NCBI GenBank assembly: GCA_002722615.1
Contig: PBMQ01000036.1
Location: 3,207 to 67,206 of the forward strand
Reading direction: 5' to 3'
Source of the DNA: Methanobacteriota archaeon
Lineage (GTDB): Archaea; Thermoplasmatota; Poseidoniia; Poseidoniales; Poseidoniaceae
Length of the DNA stretch: 64,000 nt
This document shows positions 54,996 through 64,000 of the stretch, one piece after another. The notes under the pieces are model-generated. The model made no database searches. It was not told the DNA's origin and worked only from the letters and a program-made list of their open reading frames with translations. Position numbers and translations under genes: made by a program. How positions within the stretch are numbered: position 1 is the stretch's first letter; each line of letters opens with the position of its first letter.

Positions 54996-56354
54996 TCATG
55001 AAAACATTTCGTCCAACAACCAATCTGGATCGAATTGAAGAAGATCATCATAGCCTTGGCCAATACCAGCGAAGACGATTGGTCGTCCTGTAGCAAATGC
55101 AATCGACAAACCTGCCCCACCTTTCGCATCTGTATCCATCTTCGAAAGTACTGCTCCATCGAATCGCATCATCTCTTGGAACATCTTGGCTTGGTCAACT
55201 GCATCGTTTCCAGCAAGAGCATCCCCTACAAAGAGAACGAGGTGGGGGTTTGCAACACGGCGTACCTTTTCCAGTTCCTTCATGAGGTTGGTTTTGTTTT
55301 GCATTCGACCAGCAGTATCGACGAGTACAACATCGATGTTTTTCGCTTTCGCAGATTCGATTGCATCGCGTGCGATTGCTGCTGCATCGCCTCCACGTTG
55401 ACTCGAAATACAGCGGATTCCAAGATTTTCACAATGTGATTCAAGTTGTTGAATGGCTCCTGCACGGAATGTGTCTCCGGCGGCAGCAATGACAGAATGG
55501 CCGTTGGATTGTAGTCGATGTGCAATCTTAGCAGCTGTAGTGGTTTTTCCAGTTCCGTTCACGCCAACAAGCATCACGACAACGGGTGAATCACCTTGGT
55601 CCAAAAACGATTGAATTGAGGCGTCAAAGTCCCAGTATCCTGCTGAAAGAAGATTGCGCAGAGCACGTTTCAGTGCGGCTTCCAATACCTTCGCCAATTC
55701 TGCACCACGGCGTAGTCTTGCGCCAATGAGACTCTTTCTCAAAGCATCAAGGACTGAAGTTACCGCTTCGCTTGATATATCGGATTCAAGAAGCATCCAT
55801 TCGAGTTCTTCAAGTAAATCATCGAGAACCTTACCTTGTTTGATGACTCGGCCTCCTTGCTCCACAATACCGCCACCGAGATCGATGGATACTGCGCCTG
55901 CTTCTGTTTCCATATCTGCCGTCTTTGAAGAGCCTCGTGGAGTTGATTTTACTTCAACAAGTTGTCTTCCTGTTGTGGTTCTCATCATTGAAAGATCAAC
56001 ACGGGAGCCTTTTGGCTTCGCAATCGTTGTCGCTTTCCTTCGTTTGAGTTCCTTAGCGCGTTGTTTCTCTAATTTTTCAAGACGTTTTCGTTCTTTTTTG
56101 GAAACTACAACTGGAAGTTCGATATCATCTTCTTCTTCATCCCAATCATCCCAATCATCATCTTGAGATTCACTAGAAGTCGGTTCTTCGAATTCTTCTT
56201 CGAATGTTTCTTCCTCCCAGTCTTCCTCAATGTAGCGAGAGGTTTCTATTGCAGCAATACCCTCTTCTGAATCTTCAACCGCTGTCAAGGCTTCAGAATC
56301 CACTTCTTCTGCAACCTCTTTGACGCGTTTTTTGAATCGGTCGAAAAGGCCCAT
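54996..56354 (-). CDS. ftsY: signal recognition particle receptor FtsY
   Basis: Acidic N-terminal A-domain. NG domain 'VVMLVGVNGTGKTTTAAKIA', 'DTFRAGAIQQL', 'VLVDTAGRMQN', 'LSKMDTDAKGG'. Confidence 0.93.
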   Translation of the reverse strand: MGLFDRFKKRVKEVAEEVDSEALTAVEDSEEGIAAIETSRYIEEDWEEETFEEEFEEPTSSESQDDDWDDWDEEEDDIELPVVVSKKERKRLEKLEKQRAKELKRRKATTIAKPKGSRVDLSMMRTTTGRQLVEVKSTPRGSSKTADMETEAGAVSIDLGGGIVEQGGRVIKQGKVLDDLLEELEWMLLESDISSEAVTSVLDALRKSLIGARLRRGAELAKVLEAALKRALRNLLSAGYWDFDASIQSFLDQGDSPVVVMLVGVNGTGKTTTAAKIAHRLQSNGHSVIAAAGDTFRAGAIQQLESHCENLGIRCISSQRGGDAAAIARDAIESAKAKNIDVVLVDTAGRMQNKTNLMKELEKVRRVANPHLVLFVGDALAGNDAVDQAKMFQEMMRFDGAVLSKMDTDAKGGAGLSIAFATGRPIVFAGIGQGYDDLLQFDPDWLLDEMFS

Positions 56355-56362
56355 GAGATCAC

Positions 56363-56905
56363 CTAATCGTCGAGTGTGAGTTCGTTACCGAACATGCCGC
56401 CTCGACGTCGTTTTGATTTCTGTGTGTCGGTTGCCTCGGGGGAGGGGGTTGGCTCTTCATCGACTATTGCTTCTTCGATTTTCGGCTGCGCCTCAGCGGC
56501 TGCGGTAAAGGTCTGCGCCAAAGCAGTAATCGTTGTCTCGAGTTGTTGACTTTGGGATTGGAGATTTTCAAGGAGTGAGCCAAGCTCCTCCATTCGCTCT
56601 CTCGTTAAGGCCGCAGCATCGGACCAGGTGCGTTCTGCGAAGATCCCGCTACCTAAATCGACGATTGTTGTTCCTTCTCCGCCTCCAGGATGTTGACAAG
56701 TGAGCGTCACTCCAGCTCCGATGGAAACGTGCATTTTCATTTCTGCATCGTGGTTTTTCTTAGATAGTGTTTCGAGAATCGTTGCTGTAACATCATGTTC
56801 ACCAAGAACATTGATCACTTGTTCAATCCGTTCCTGAACTTCATGAAAACGTTCACGGTTCATCTCGACGAGTCGTGCTGTTCGTTGAAGTTCAGATTGT
56901 TCCAA
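56363..56905 (-). CDS. pfdA: prefoldin subunit alpha
   Basis: Coiled coil, then beta-hairpins ('VSIGAGVTLTCQ', 'VDLGSGIFAERTWSDA'), then coiled coil. Conserved position next to ftsY. Start is TTG 56905 or ATG 56863. Confidence 0.7.
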   Translation of the reverse strand: MEQSELQRTARLVEMNRERFHEVQERIEQVINVLGEHDVTATILETLSKKNHDAEMKMHVSIGAGVTLTCQHPGGGEGTTIVDLGSGIFAERTWSDAAALTRERMEELGSLLENLQSQSQQLETTITALAQTFTAAAEAQPKIEEAIVDEEPTPSPEATDTQKSKRRRGGMFGNELTLDD

Positions 56906-56961
56906 AAGACCGCCTCAACAATGCCTGTGGTGCGACATTCATGAATGCGACGATGGTGCAA

Positions 56962-57234
56962 TCACTCTTCCTCTGCAACTGGGGCAATGGTGCCACCGGC
57001 TGCTGCGATTTCGTCGCGGAAGTGGTGAAGAACGGTTGGTTCAGTAGAGGTGCGTGGATCAACTTCGTTGATTGAGTTGATTGTAATTGCTCGTCGTTTC
57101 GCATTGTGGCGAGACCCGATAATCGAGTAAACGCGGTGTTCAGCATCTGCTTTTGTAGTTGCAACAACATCAAGCGAGAACTTCTGTCGTAGTCGACCGA
57201 AGGGGGCCTGTCCATCAACACGGAATGCCTTCAT
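56962..57234 (-). CDS. rplX: 50S ribosomal protein LX (L18Ae/eL20 family)
   Basis: 'MKAFRVDGQAPFGRLRQKFSLDVVATTKADAEHRVYSIIGSRHNAKRRAITINSINEV' fits the LX pattern (…GSKHKxKRxxIxI…). Trimmed to ATG 57234. Confidence 0.75.
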   Translation of the reverse strand: MKAFRVDGQAPFGRLRQKFSLDVVATTKADAEHRVYSIIGSRHNAKRRAITINSINEVDPRTSTEPTVLHHFRDEIAAAGGTIAPVAEEE

Positions 57235-57331
57235 GTTTCCAAGGCGATTCGTTTCTTGATTTAAACGCGATGGTTCGGATTTGGGGTGGAGCATCGCGTG
57301 TTTCATCAACGTGGAAGAGTAGCCTAGTGAT

Positions 57332-60184
57332 GTGCGAAGCATCTGGTTAGCCTTGTTCATCCTTGTTGCGCCCCTGCCACTCGAGGGGGTGTTGGACGAC
57401 GAAATGTTCGATCAACACGAGGTTGTTCTCCAACTACCAGAAGGTGAGGTTTGGAGCCAGTTAGGCTGGATGGGCCTTGGTGAATTCAATTACGTCCCGC
57501 TCCGTTTATTGACGCCATCCGCATTGATTGCATGGAAGGTTAGTTCCGATGCATATCATCCGATTGCAGCTGAAACAAAGACAAGTGATGCTGTTTGGAA
57601 ATCTTATCCTTCAGAGGGTCAATCAGTAAGACTTGTTTTCGAACCCGGATTGCCCGATTCTGCTGTTGTACAACTTCACGACCAAATTCAGAGATTCATT
57701 GGTTACCAGCAGCTACTCTTTGACTCAGGACATTTGACGTCCGTAACTATCCAATGGGATACATCTTTCCAAATGGATTGGTTTGCTGAACTGGAAGGGG
57801 TTCTTTGGATTGAACCGCAGTTAAAGACTGGGGGGCGAAATTTCAATTCGGCGCAACTCTTGACCGGGACCGAAGGAAACGAATATCCCTCTGCATGGAA
57901 CGTTGGACTGAATGGGACAGGGGTAGTAATCGGTGTCGCGGATACCGGAATCGATTCGGATCACACCTGTTTCCGAAATCTATCTTCGGTTAATATTGGC
58001 CATGGACATCGTAAGTTGCTGCATGTGAATACATCCATTGACGGATGGGATAGTTCGGGCCATGCGGATTATCGTCATGGCACACATACAGCAGGAATCC
58101 TTGGTTGCCATCCATTAGGTACGGCTACTGAGGAAAATCTCCCTCCTGCTTACATGGCGATTGGTTATGAAACGCAACTGGTTGTGCAAGACATCGTTTC
58201 AGAAGAGGGGTGGCTTCCACCCGATGTTGATCTTCTCCTAGCAGAGTCTGCGATGTATGGAGGATATCTGCATTCGAACTCTTGGGGTGATGACACCACA
58301 GATTACACCTTGCGCTCAGGAGATTTTGATGCCTTTACTCGTGAATTCCCGTGGACTCTTCCGTTGATTGCACCAGGGAACAACGGTGGATTCGTATTGG
58401 AACCAGCCAACGCCCGTAACGTGATCGCCATTGGAGCTTCAACCAAAGATACGAATCCAGAACGGTGGTTGTCTTCAGTACATGGTCCGACAGATGCCGA
58501 TACTCGCGGTATTTTCGCACTTGCGCCAGGTGTTTCCATCGTTTCAGCTCGATCGGATGGAATGCCCGATTCATACAATGCAGGCCAGCATACATTGAGT
58601 GGAACCAGCATGTCAACGCCCATGGCTGCGTCCTATGCGAGCATCGTTCAGCAAATGGTACAAGATGGATGGTTAACGGGCCATAATGAAACACTATCAA
58701 CAACCAATCTTGAAAACATGGTCCCTTGGTTTGAAGATGAAGGAACTCAGAAGGACATCCTCTTGGGCGAGGGTTTCACCCCCTCGGCGCCAATGATGAA
58801 AGCATTGCTTTCACTTTCAACAACGCCGTTAGATGATTCATTTAGGAATGGTGGTGACGGTGGTTCAACTGCTCCAAACTCACACGATGGATGGGGTGTA
58901 TTCAACCTTGAAGAATTGTTGAATATTAATCAATTGCGAGCGCTCTCTACAGAAGAAAATCGGCCCGTGGAAAACATATGGATTCATGACTCCTACCGTC
59001 TCATAAACGGCTCACCTTCCAATCAATTGGCAACACGAATGGGTGCTTCAGGACCAATCGAAAATTTGATGCAACAATCATGGGATGGGTCTGGTTCTGT
59101 TGGCCCTTTCCTTTCAACTGGTGATGTGTTTCAACAGCGATTCATCCTACAAGGAAACGAGTCTCTCGATGTGCGACTCGCGATCCAAGCAAAGCCTGAA
59201 CCTCACCTTGTGGACGATGTGCAGCTCATGGTTCGATTGCCAGATGGTCGTTTTGCACTAGGGGAACAATATCGTCAAGATGGTCGTTCAATGCTGTATT
59301 ACGACTTTGCAGACCATCTCAACACGAGTGCCTTCCCGCCAACAAATGAAACCACGGTAGGAATTTACCTTGATGAAAGTACTCTAAGTGGGATTGATTA
59401 TGTCGATGTCGTCGTTTCTGGACGATATGTCACGCCGGGTAACAACCCTGGGACTCTCGGTGTTGAAGGAGATCGTATTGGATTTGGCCTAGCGGTCAAA
59501 GGCGTAGAGATTGACCCATTGAATCATTCAGATGCCGATGGGGACGATGTTCCCTACGAGCAAGACAGTTGTCCGTTTACGAACGCTACTGGCTGGGATA
59601 TTGACCAAGATGGATGTATTGACGATGTTGATGAAGACGGTGTTGAAGACAATCAAGATGACTGTCTTTCCACACATCCTGATGTGCCTGTTACCTCATC
59701 TGGCTGTGCACAACAAAATCAAGCGCCACGGATTTTTGTCGACGAAGTGATACTGCAAGCGCATGATAATGAAACGATCTCTCTTCTCTTTTCTGTTTTG
59801 GATTCGGATAGCGTATCAGTAGAGGCTCTTCTCGATCGTCAAGGTCCAAATCCTGGAACCGTATCAATTTGTGAGCGTCTCGTCATAAACGATTCTTGGC
59901 AATCATGTTCTGTTAAGGTAAATCAGGACTTCTTTCCATTGTCGCCCGGCGGCAACTGGACGGTTGTTGTAATCGCACAAGACATGAACTCAAGTTGGTG
60001 GACTTCGCCAGAATTAACAGAATATGAATCAGAAACATTCGAGATTTTCGTACCTTTGCCTGCGGCTGAATTGTCTGTATCCAGTGTGAGTTCGTGGTTC
60101 TCTATGGCCGTAATTGCCTCGATTGTTTCAGCAATCCTATTTGGAACGATTCTTCAGCGTTGGATATCTGAGGAAATTGACTGA
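57332..60184 (+). CDS. secreted subtilisin-like serine protease (S8) with Ca-binding TSP3-like Asp-rich repeats and C-terminal TM anchor
   Basis: Signal 'MRSIWLALFILVAPLPLEG' (GTG start). Catalytic triad 'VIGVADTGIDSDH', 'HGTHTAGIL', 'LSGTSMSTPMAA'. 'DADGDDVPYEQDSCPF...DIDQDGCIDDVDEDGVEDNQDDC'. C-terminal 'MAVIASIVSAILFGTIL'. Confidence 0.88.
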   Translation: MRSIWLALFILVAPLPLEGVLDDEMFDQHEVVLQLPEGEVWSQLGWMGLGEFNYVPLRLLTPSALIAWKVSSDAYHPIAAETKTSDAVWKSYPSEGQSVRLVFEPGLPDSAVVQLHDQIQRFIGYQQLLFDSGHLTSVTIQWDTSFQMDWFAELEGVLWIEPQLKTGGRNFNSAQLLTGTEGNEYPSAWNVGLNGTGVVIGVADTGIDSDHTCFRNLSSVNIGHGHRKLLHVNTSIDGWDSSGHADYRHGTHTAGILGCHPLGTATEENLPPAYMAIGYETQLVVQDIVSEEGWLPPDVDLLLAESAMYGGYLHSNSWGDDTTDYTLRSGDFDAFTREFPWTLPLIAPGNNGGFVLEPANARNVIAIGASTKDTNPERWLSSVHGPTDADTRGIFALAPGVSIVSARSDGMPDSYNAGQHTLSGTSMSTPMAASYASIVQQMVQDGWLTGHNETLSTTNLENMVPWFEDEGTQKDILLGEGFTPSAPMMKALLSLSTTPLDDSFRNGGDGGSTAPNSHDGWGVFNLEELLNINQLRALSTEENRPVENIWIHDSYRLINGSPSNQLATRMGASGPIENLMQQSWDGSGSVGPFLSTGDVFQQRFILQGNESLDVRLAIQAKPEPHLVDDVQLMVRLPDGRFALGEQYRQDGRSMLYYDFADHLNTSAFPPTNETTVGIYLDESTLSGIDYVDVVVSGRYVTPGNNPGTLGVEGDRIGFGLAVKGVEIDPLNHSDADGDDVPYEQDSCPFTNATGWDIDQDGCIDDVDEDGVEDNQDDCLSTHPDVPVTSSGCAQQNQAPRIFVDEVILQAHDNETISLLFSVLDSDSVSVEALLDRQGPNPGTVSICERLVINDSWQSCSVKVNQDFFPLSPGGNWTVVVIAQDMNSSWWTSPELTEYESETFEIFVPLPAAELSVSSVSSWFSMAVIASIVSAILFGTILQRWISEEID

Positions 60185-60265
60185 TTTTCGATTAAAATCC
60201 TCATCGTATACAGGGGCTATCTTCAAACCTTATGGCATCCACGCTGGGATAACCGAGAGGTGTTC

Positions 60266-61273
60266 ATGATGAGCGAACGATTATATGTTGGAATTGACCT
60301 AGGAACGTTTCAGTCGACAATTGCATCCAGCGCTGGCGCTATGCATTCCATTGAGACTGTTGTTGGACGACCAAAAGACCCTGTTGCACGAAATTTCCTA
60401 AAGCGAGACGTTCTGTTTGGGGCTGACGCTCTGAAGAACAAACTCGCATGCAATCTCTACCGCCCAATGGCGGCTGGAGTTACACAGGATGATGAGGCGA
60501 ACCTCGCTGCTGCCAAGGCATTCGTTTCCCACCTCATTGAAACTGTTGATCCTGAGGAATTCGACGAGGTTTTCGGTGTCATCTGCTCTCCAAGTCACGT
60601 ATCGTTTACCGACAAGAGCAATCTTGTTGCAACACTCCGTGGGCAAGTTAACGCAATCATGGTCGTAACAGAACCGTTCGCAACTGCATTCGCTATTGAC
60701 GAAATCGGTGGTTCAATTGTTGTTGACGTTGGTGCTGGTACAACAGACATTGCTCGAATCCACGGAACATTCCCAAGCGACGAAGACCAAGTCACAATCC
60801 AAGAAGCTGGTGATTGGCTCGATTTGGAACTCATGAACCTGATCGCTAAAAAATTCACAGGCGCTCAAATCACTAAGGACATGGTCCGAAAGTGGAAGGA
60901 AGAATCCTCCTACGTCGGTGGAGATGTTCGAACTGTTGAAGTCTCACTCTCCGTTGATGGAAAGAGTCAGAACGTCGACATTGGCGACCTTATCCAGGAG
61001 GCTTGTGACTTGTTAGTCCCAAAGGTTGCTAACGCAATCAAGCGAATTGTTGCTGAAGCAGACCCTGAGTACCAACCTGTCCTACGTAACAACATCATCC
61101 TCTCAGGAGGAGGTTCTCTTATCGAAGGGCTCGCTGAGCGTGTTGCTCGGGAAATCGCTGATATCGGTGATGTAAATGTCTGGTGTGTTGAAAACCCATT
61201 GGAAAAGGTCGCTGAAGGTGCTCTTATGCTCGCAGGTCAAATGCCTGATGACATGTACACCTCCATCAACTGA
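60266..61273 (+). CDS. actin-fold ATPase, MamK-like
   Basis: Phosphate-1 'YVGIDLGTFQS', 'VVGRPKD', 'MVVTEPFATAFAI', phosphate-2 'IVVDVGAGTTDIARIHGTFPSDEDQVTIQEAGDWLD', 'DPEYQPVL', adenosine 'IILSGGGSLIEGLAERV', 'GDVNVWCVENP'. GAGAGGTG precedes ATG 60266. Confidence 0.75.
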   Translation: MMSERLYVGIDLGTFQSTIASSAGAMHSIETVVGRPKDPVARNFLKRDVLFGADALKNKLACNLYRPMAAGVTQDDEANLAAAKAFVSHLIETVDPEEFDEVFGVICSPSHVSFTDKSNLVATLRGQVNAIMVVTEPFATAFAIDEIGGSIVVDVGAGTTDIARIHGTFPSDEDQVTIQEAGDWLDLELMNLIAKKFTGAQITKDMVRKWKEESSYVGGDVRTVEVSLSVDGKSQNVDIGDLIQEACDLLVPKVANAIKRIVAEADPEYQPVLRNNIILSGGGSLIEGLAERVAREIADIGDVNVWCVENPLEKVAEGALMLAGQMPDDMYTSIN

Positions 61274-61365
61274 TTTGGTTGAAGAAATTCACTCTGAAAT
61301 CAGACGCTTTATGCCTTGATTTACAGGGAAGGTTCAAGAGTGGTTGAGGTTCGATAGACTCTCGT

Positions 61366-62646
61366 ATGACGCTCGGCGCTTCCAATCCAGATGCCTCCCG
61401 TGGGCAACCAACAAGTTCTGGTAACGATAGAGCGGCTCTTGAGGGGATGTTGAAAAGCTACCCTATTGACCAACTCGTCGAAGAAGTCCTCATCGCATGG
61501 GATGAACTTGGTCAGCGTAATGAAGAAGTCGTTACAACCAAGCAACGTCTTCGTGTTTTGGAACTCGATTTAGCAGAACGCGAAGATGAAGTTGCACCTG
61601 AAATTCAACGCCTCCATCAAAGTGAACAACAGCTTAAGGAAGCAGAAGCACGAATTGTCCACCTTGATCGATTGTTAAATGACACACGACAAGAACTCGA
61701 TGCTCAAGCTTCATCACTTTCAAAAGATCAGCAAGACGCGCTTCACGAAGAAGTTGATCAACTTCGAACGCTCAGTGTATCCCAGGATGAGGTCATCGCT
61801 GAAATGGAAGGGCGTATGGGCCTTATGGTTGAAGCCCTCGAGAAGGCAGCGGATGCAGGATTAACATCAGTTACCGCCGATGAAGTGCGCTCGCTGAAGA
61901 ATCAACTCAATGAAAAATCAGCACAATACGATGCTGAAGTTGCTGCCAATAATGCGCTTGATGAAGAACGACAACGGCTGAGAGATATTGCAGATCGGAT
62001 GCGTGGTCTCTTGGATGCTCGAGACAAGCGTTTGGCTGATTTGGAAGAACAACTCGAGCGTGTTATGCAAGGACCTCGTTCCGTATCTGCAGAGCATGAC
62101 TATCTCGTAGAACAGATTGAAGAGATGAAGCGTCGATTGCTTGAGCGAAATCGAGAGTATGAATCTCTCCGACGTCGAGAGCGCCGTCTGCACACTGATG
62201 TGTTTGAACGCGATGAGCGAATTCAACAAATGTCACTCACCATCACAGATCTTGAGGCCGCCCTCACGGATAGAGTTGCAGAAATCCGCGAGCTTGAATC
62301 ACAAAATGACATTGCAATGCAAGAAGTCAATAGTGTTCGAAGAGGCGAGCGAACCCGAGAGGTTGTTGGTCGTGTCTTTGCAGACTCGTTGTCGTTGGTT
62401 CGAGGCCATGATGCCCGCGAGGCAAAGCGGGAAGCCTACGCCAACAGTCCTGATGTTGAACGTAGCCTATCCACTCCTAGTTCCGATGATATGCGCAATC
62501 TTGCAGATGGTGGCACCGTTGATTTGAGCGTTGAAGAAACTGAACTTCCACAAGGTATGGATGTTGATGGAACACGTCCGCCATCACCCGGTGGCAGTGG
62601 AGACCCTGTTCTCTTTGATGAAGAGTCAGAGAACCCCGATGAGTGA
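61366..62646 (+). CDS. long coiled-coil protein with acidic C-terminal tail
   Basis: 426 aa. About 300 aa of heptad-like E/R/L/Q-rich sequence ('LRVLELDLAEREDEV', 'RLADLEEQLERV', 'ESLRRRERRLHTDV'). Disordered acidic C-terminus. Lies 92 nt downstream of the MamK-like gene. Confidence 0.6.
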   Translation: MTLGASNPDASRGQPTSSGNDRAALEGMLKSYPIDQLVEEVLIAWDELGQRNEEVVTTKQRLRVLELDLAEREDEVAPEIQRLHQSEQQLKEAEARIVHLDRLLNDTRQELDAQASSLSKDQQDALHEEVDQLRTLSVSQDEVIAEMEGRMGLMVEALEKAADAGLTSVTADEVRSLKNQLNEKSAQYDAEVAANNALDEERQRLRDIADRMRGLLDARDKRLADLEEQLERVMQGPRSVSAEHDYLVEQIEEMKRRLLERNREYESLRRRERRLHTDVFERDERIQQMSLTITDLEAALTDRVAEIRELESQNDIAMQEVNSVRRGERTREVVGRVFADSLSLVRGHDAREAKREAYANSPDVERSLSTPSSDDMRNLADGGTVDLSVEETELPQGMDVDGTRPPSPGGSGDPVLFDEESENPDE

Positions 62647-63402
62647 CTGAAGTCGCTCCTTTAGGAGTTTAAGGTCATCAAACTCTTCTGTAATTGTTCC
62701 TGTGACAATATAATCCGCACCAGCCTCTGCTGCAGCCTTCATTTGTTCGGGATTTCGTATCCCTCCACCAATAATTAGGGTGCAATCCATACTTGATTTT
62801 GCGATACGAATGAGATCGGTGGATACGGGAGATGATGCTCCCGAGCCTGCCTCCAAGTACACAGTGGTGAAGCCATACATCTCTGCTGTTTGACAATAAG
62901 CAGATACGAGCTCTCTGTCTTCTGGTTTGATGAGTTTGGCTTCTCCAACTTCACCCACCGCACCTCCTGGTGCACAAACAACGTATCCAGTTGGAATGGT
63001 TTGAAGACCTGCCTTTGCAATGTATGGTGCGCCCGTAAGTTGCTCTTCAATGAGGAACCTTCGGTTTTTACTGTTCATGAGCATCATGAAGAGAATGCCG
63101 TCTGCACGTGCTGACATTGCATGAGCACCGCCAGGAAAGAGGATTACGGGTATGTCCCACGTTTCCTCATCTGCATCAGGGTGTTGGCTTGCGGCAAACA
63201 TGGCCAGTTCGAGTGCTTCTTGGATTGCCCCACAAGTAGCGTCAACAATGTTGCTGTCGGTATCCGTAGAACCTCCGACGAAGATTGCTGATGTCCCGCA
63301 CTCTACCGCAACCATCGCCCGCTGTGCTGCAATCTCAGGGGATTGTTTGTCCGGATCGATGAGTGTAATGTGTCTCGTTTTACCTGACTGGCTTGAGAGC
63401 AT
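62626..63402 (-). CDS. geranylgeranylglyceryl phosphate synthase (PcrB/GGGPS family)
   Basis: 'HITLIDPDKQSPE', 'IFVGGS', 'PVILFPG', 'VYLEAGSGASSPV', 'LIIGGGIRNPEQMKAAAEAGADYIVTGT'. ATG 63402 lies inside the GTG-initiated ORF. Confidence 0.85.
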   Translation of the reverse strand: MLSSQSGKTRHITLIDPDKQSPEIAAQRAMVAVECGTSAIFVGGSTDTDSNIVDATCGAIQEALELAMFAASQHPDADEETWDIPVILFPGGAHAMSARADGILFMMLMNSKNRRFLIEEQLTGAPYIAKAGLQTIPTGYVVCAPGGAVGEVGEAKLIKPEDRELVSAYCQTAEMYGFTTVYLEAGSGASSPVSTDLIRIAKSSMDCTLIIGGGIRNPEQMKAAAEAGADYIVTGTITEEFDDLKLLKERLQSLIGVL

Positions 63403-63584
63403 TGGATAATTCTTCGACCACACCTCAAGACCCTCTGGTCAACTGTAGGCTACTCGGTTGGTAAAGGATTTCATTCGTATTCGAGGCTTCGAATGTTTGC
63501 TGTAACATCTCATTGGTTCCGTTATGGGTATCGTCCCCGGGTTGTGTAGCAAGACTTCACAAACAATGGTTTCTAGCCCTCTTC

Positions 63585-64000
63585 ATGGAGCAAGTGGATA
63601 GGCCTCTGCGAGGTATTCTTGAAAGGTCTGACGCTCCTAAGGGGAAAATACGACTCGCTATTCTCTGTTCAATACTCAACAAAATTTGGGACCTTGCGCC
63701 ACCGTTACTGATCGGTGTCGCAGTTGATGTCGTTGTCCAGAAAGAAGAATCTCTTCTTGCTCAATGGGGCATTATCGACCCGTGGAATCAACTCATCGTC
63801 TTAGCAGTAGCCACCTTCATCATATGGGGGCTAGAATCACTCTTCGAATATTTCTATGCTGTGTTATGGAGAAATTTGGCTCAAACCGTTCAACACAATC
63901 TGAGAATCAAAACATTTGATCATGTCCAAAATCAATCAATGACCTGGTTCGATGAACATCAGAAGGGCGATTTGCTCGCAATTATGAACGATGATGTCAA
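63585..64000 (+). CDS. ABC exporter (type I, MsbA-like) transmembrane domain, 5' fragment running off the window
   Basis: Not in the ORF track because there is no stop. My translation from ATG 63585: 'MEQVDRPLRGILERSD...RLAILCSILNKIWDLAPPLLIGVAVDVV...WRNLAQTVQHNLRIKTFDHVQNQSMTWFDEHQKGDLLAIMNDDV', the ABC_membrane TM1-TM2 and 'F(F)D…G(D/E)L…R…D' pattern. Confidence 0.7.
   Translation, partial: MEQVDRPLRGILERSDAPKGKIRLAILCSILNKIWDLAPPLLIGVAVDVVVQKEESLLAQWGIIDPWNQLIVLAVATFIIWGLESLFEYFYAVLWRNLAQTVQHNLRIKTFDHVQNQSMTWFDEHQKGDLLAIMNDDV

Noticed and set aside
54996-57234. Missing eIF6/L31e between LX and prefoldin alpha in the otherwise conserved LX-pfdA-ftsY cluster
   Set aside because: Gene order in this cluster varies among archaea and the missing genes may lie elsewhere. 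It cannot be evaluated from one window.
63424-63584. 160-nt non-coding gap between GGGPS and the ABC exporter as a possible small RNA gene. The gaps at 2506-2676 and 16100-16246 were also inspected.
   Set aside because: No tRNA-like cloverleaf, C/D-box (RUGAUGA...CUGA) pair or extended stem-loop could be found by eye. Probably promoter and 5'-UTR sequence. A covariance-model scan (Rfam) would be the proper test.
1-64000. CRISPR arrays, IS elements, prophage genes, rRNA
   Set aside because: I saw no regularly spaced direct repeats, no transposase, integrase, capsid or terminase-like ORFs, and no rRNA-like sequence. The only DNA-level tandem repeats are the in-frame coding ones listed as features.

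Overview
Gene-dense (~90% coding), chromosome-like segment from an archaeon. Archaeal markers: TFB, topoisomerase VI B/A, RpoP, RFC-like clamp loader, prefoldin alpha, ribosomal protein LX, FtsY, diphthine synthase, Trm5, GGGP synthase and geranylgeranyl reductase. Many bacterial- or eukaryote-type genes are interspersed: a PlsC-like acyltransferase, type II glutamine synthetase, a MamK-like actin, S8 and S15 peptidases, and a 1669-aa surface protein. This mix and the ~47% GC suggest an uncultured marine planktonic euryarchaeon (Marine Group II-like), which is inference only. I call about 60 CDS and two tRNAs (Arg-CCU, Asp-GUC). I found no rRNA, CRISPR array, transposase or integrase. Most interesting: (1) a 206-aa protein made of three head-to-tail ThiS/MoaD/SAMP-like units, each ending in Gly-Gly, with one extra C-terminal residue, as in a polyubiquitin precursor; it lies directly upstream of the zinc-ribbon rpoP. 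(2) A MamK-type actin paired with a 426-aa coiled-coil protein. (3) A giant surface protein whose 7 propeller-like repeats are interrupted by a vWA domain, as in I-domain integrin alpha subunits. (4) A PlsC-type acyltransferase in a genome that also encodes the archaeal ether-lipid enzymes. (5) An adducin/aldolase-like protein with a PPxGPPxx repeat N-terminus. (6) A membrane-anchored, partly degenerate receiver domain. All functional calls come from motif reading by eye; no database search was run.
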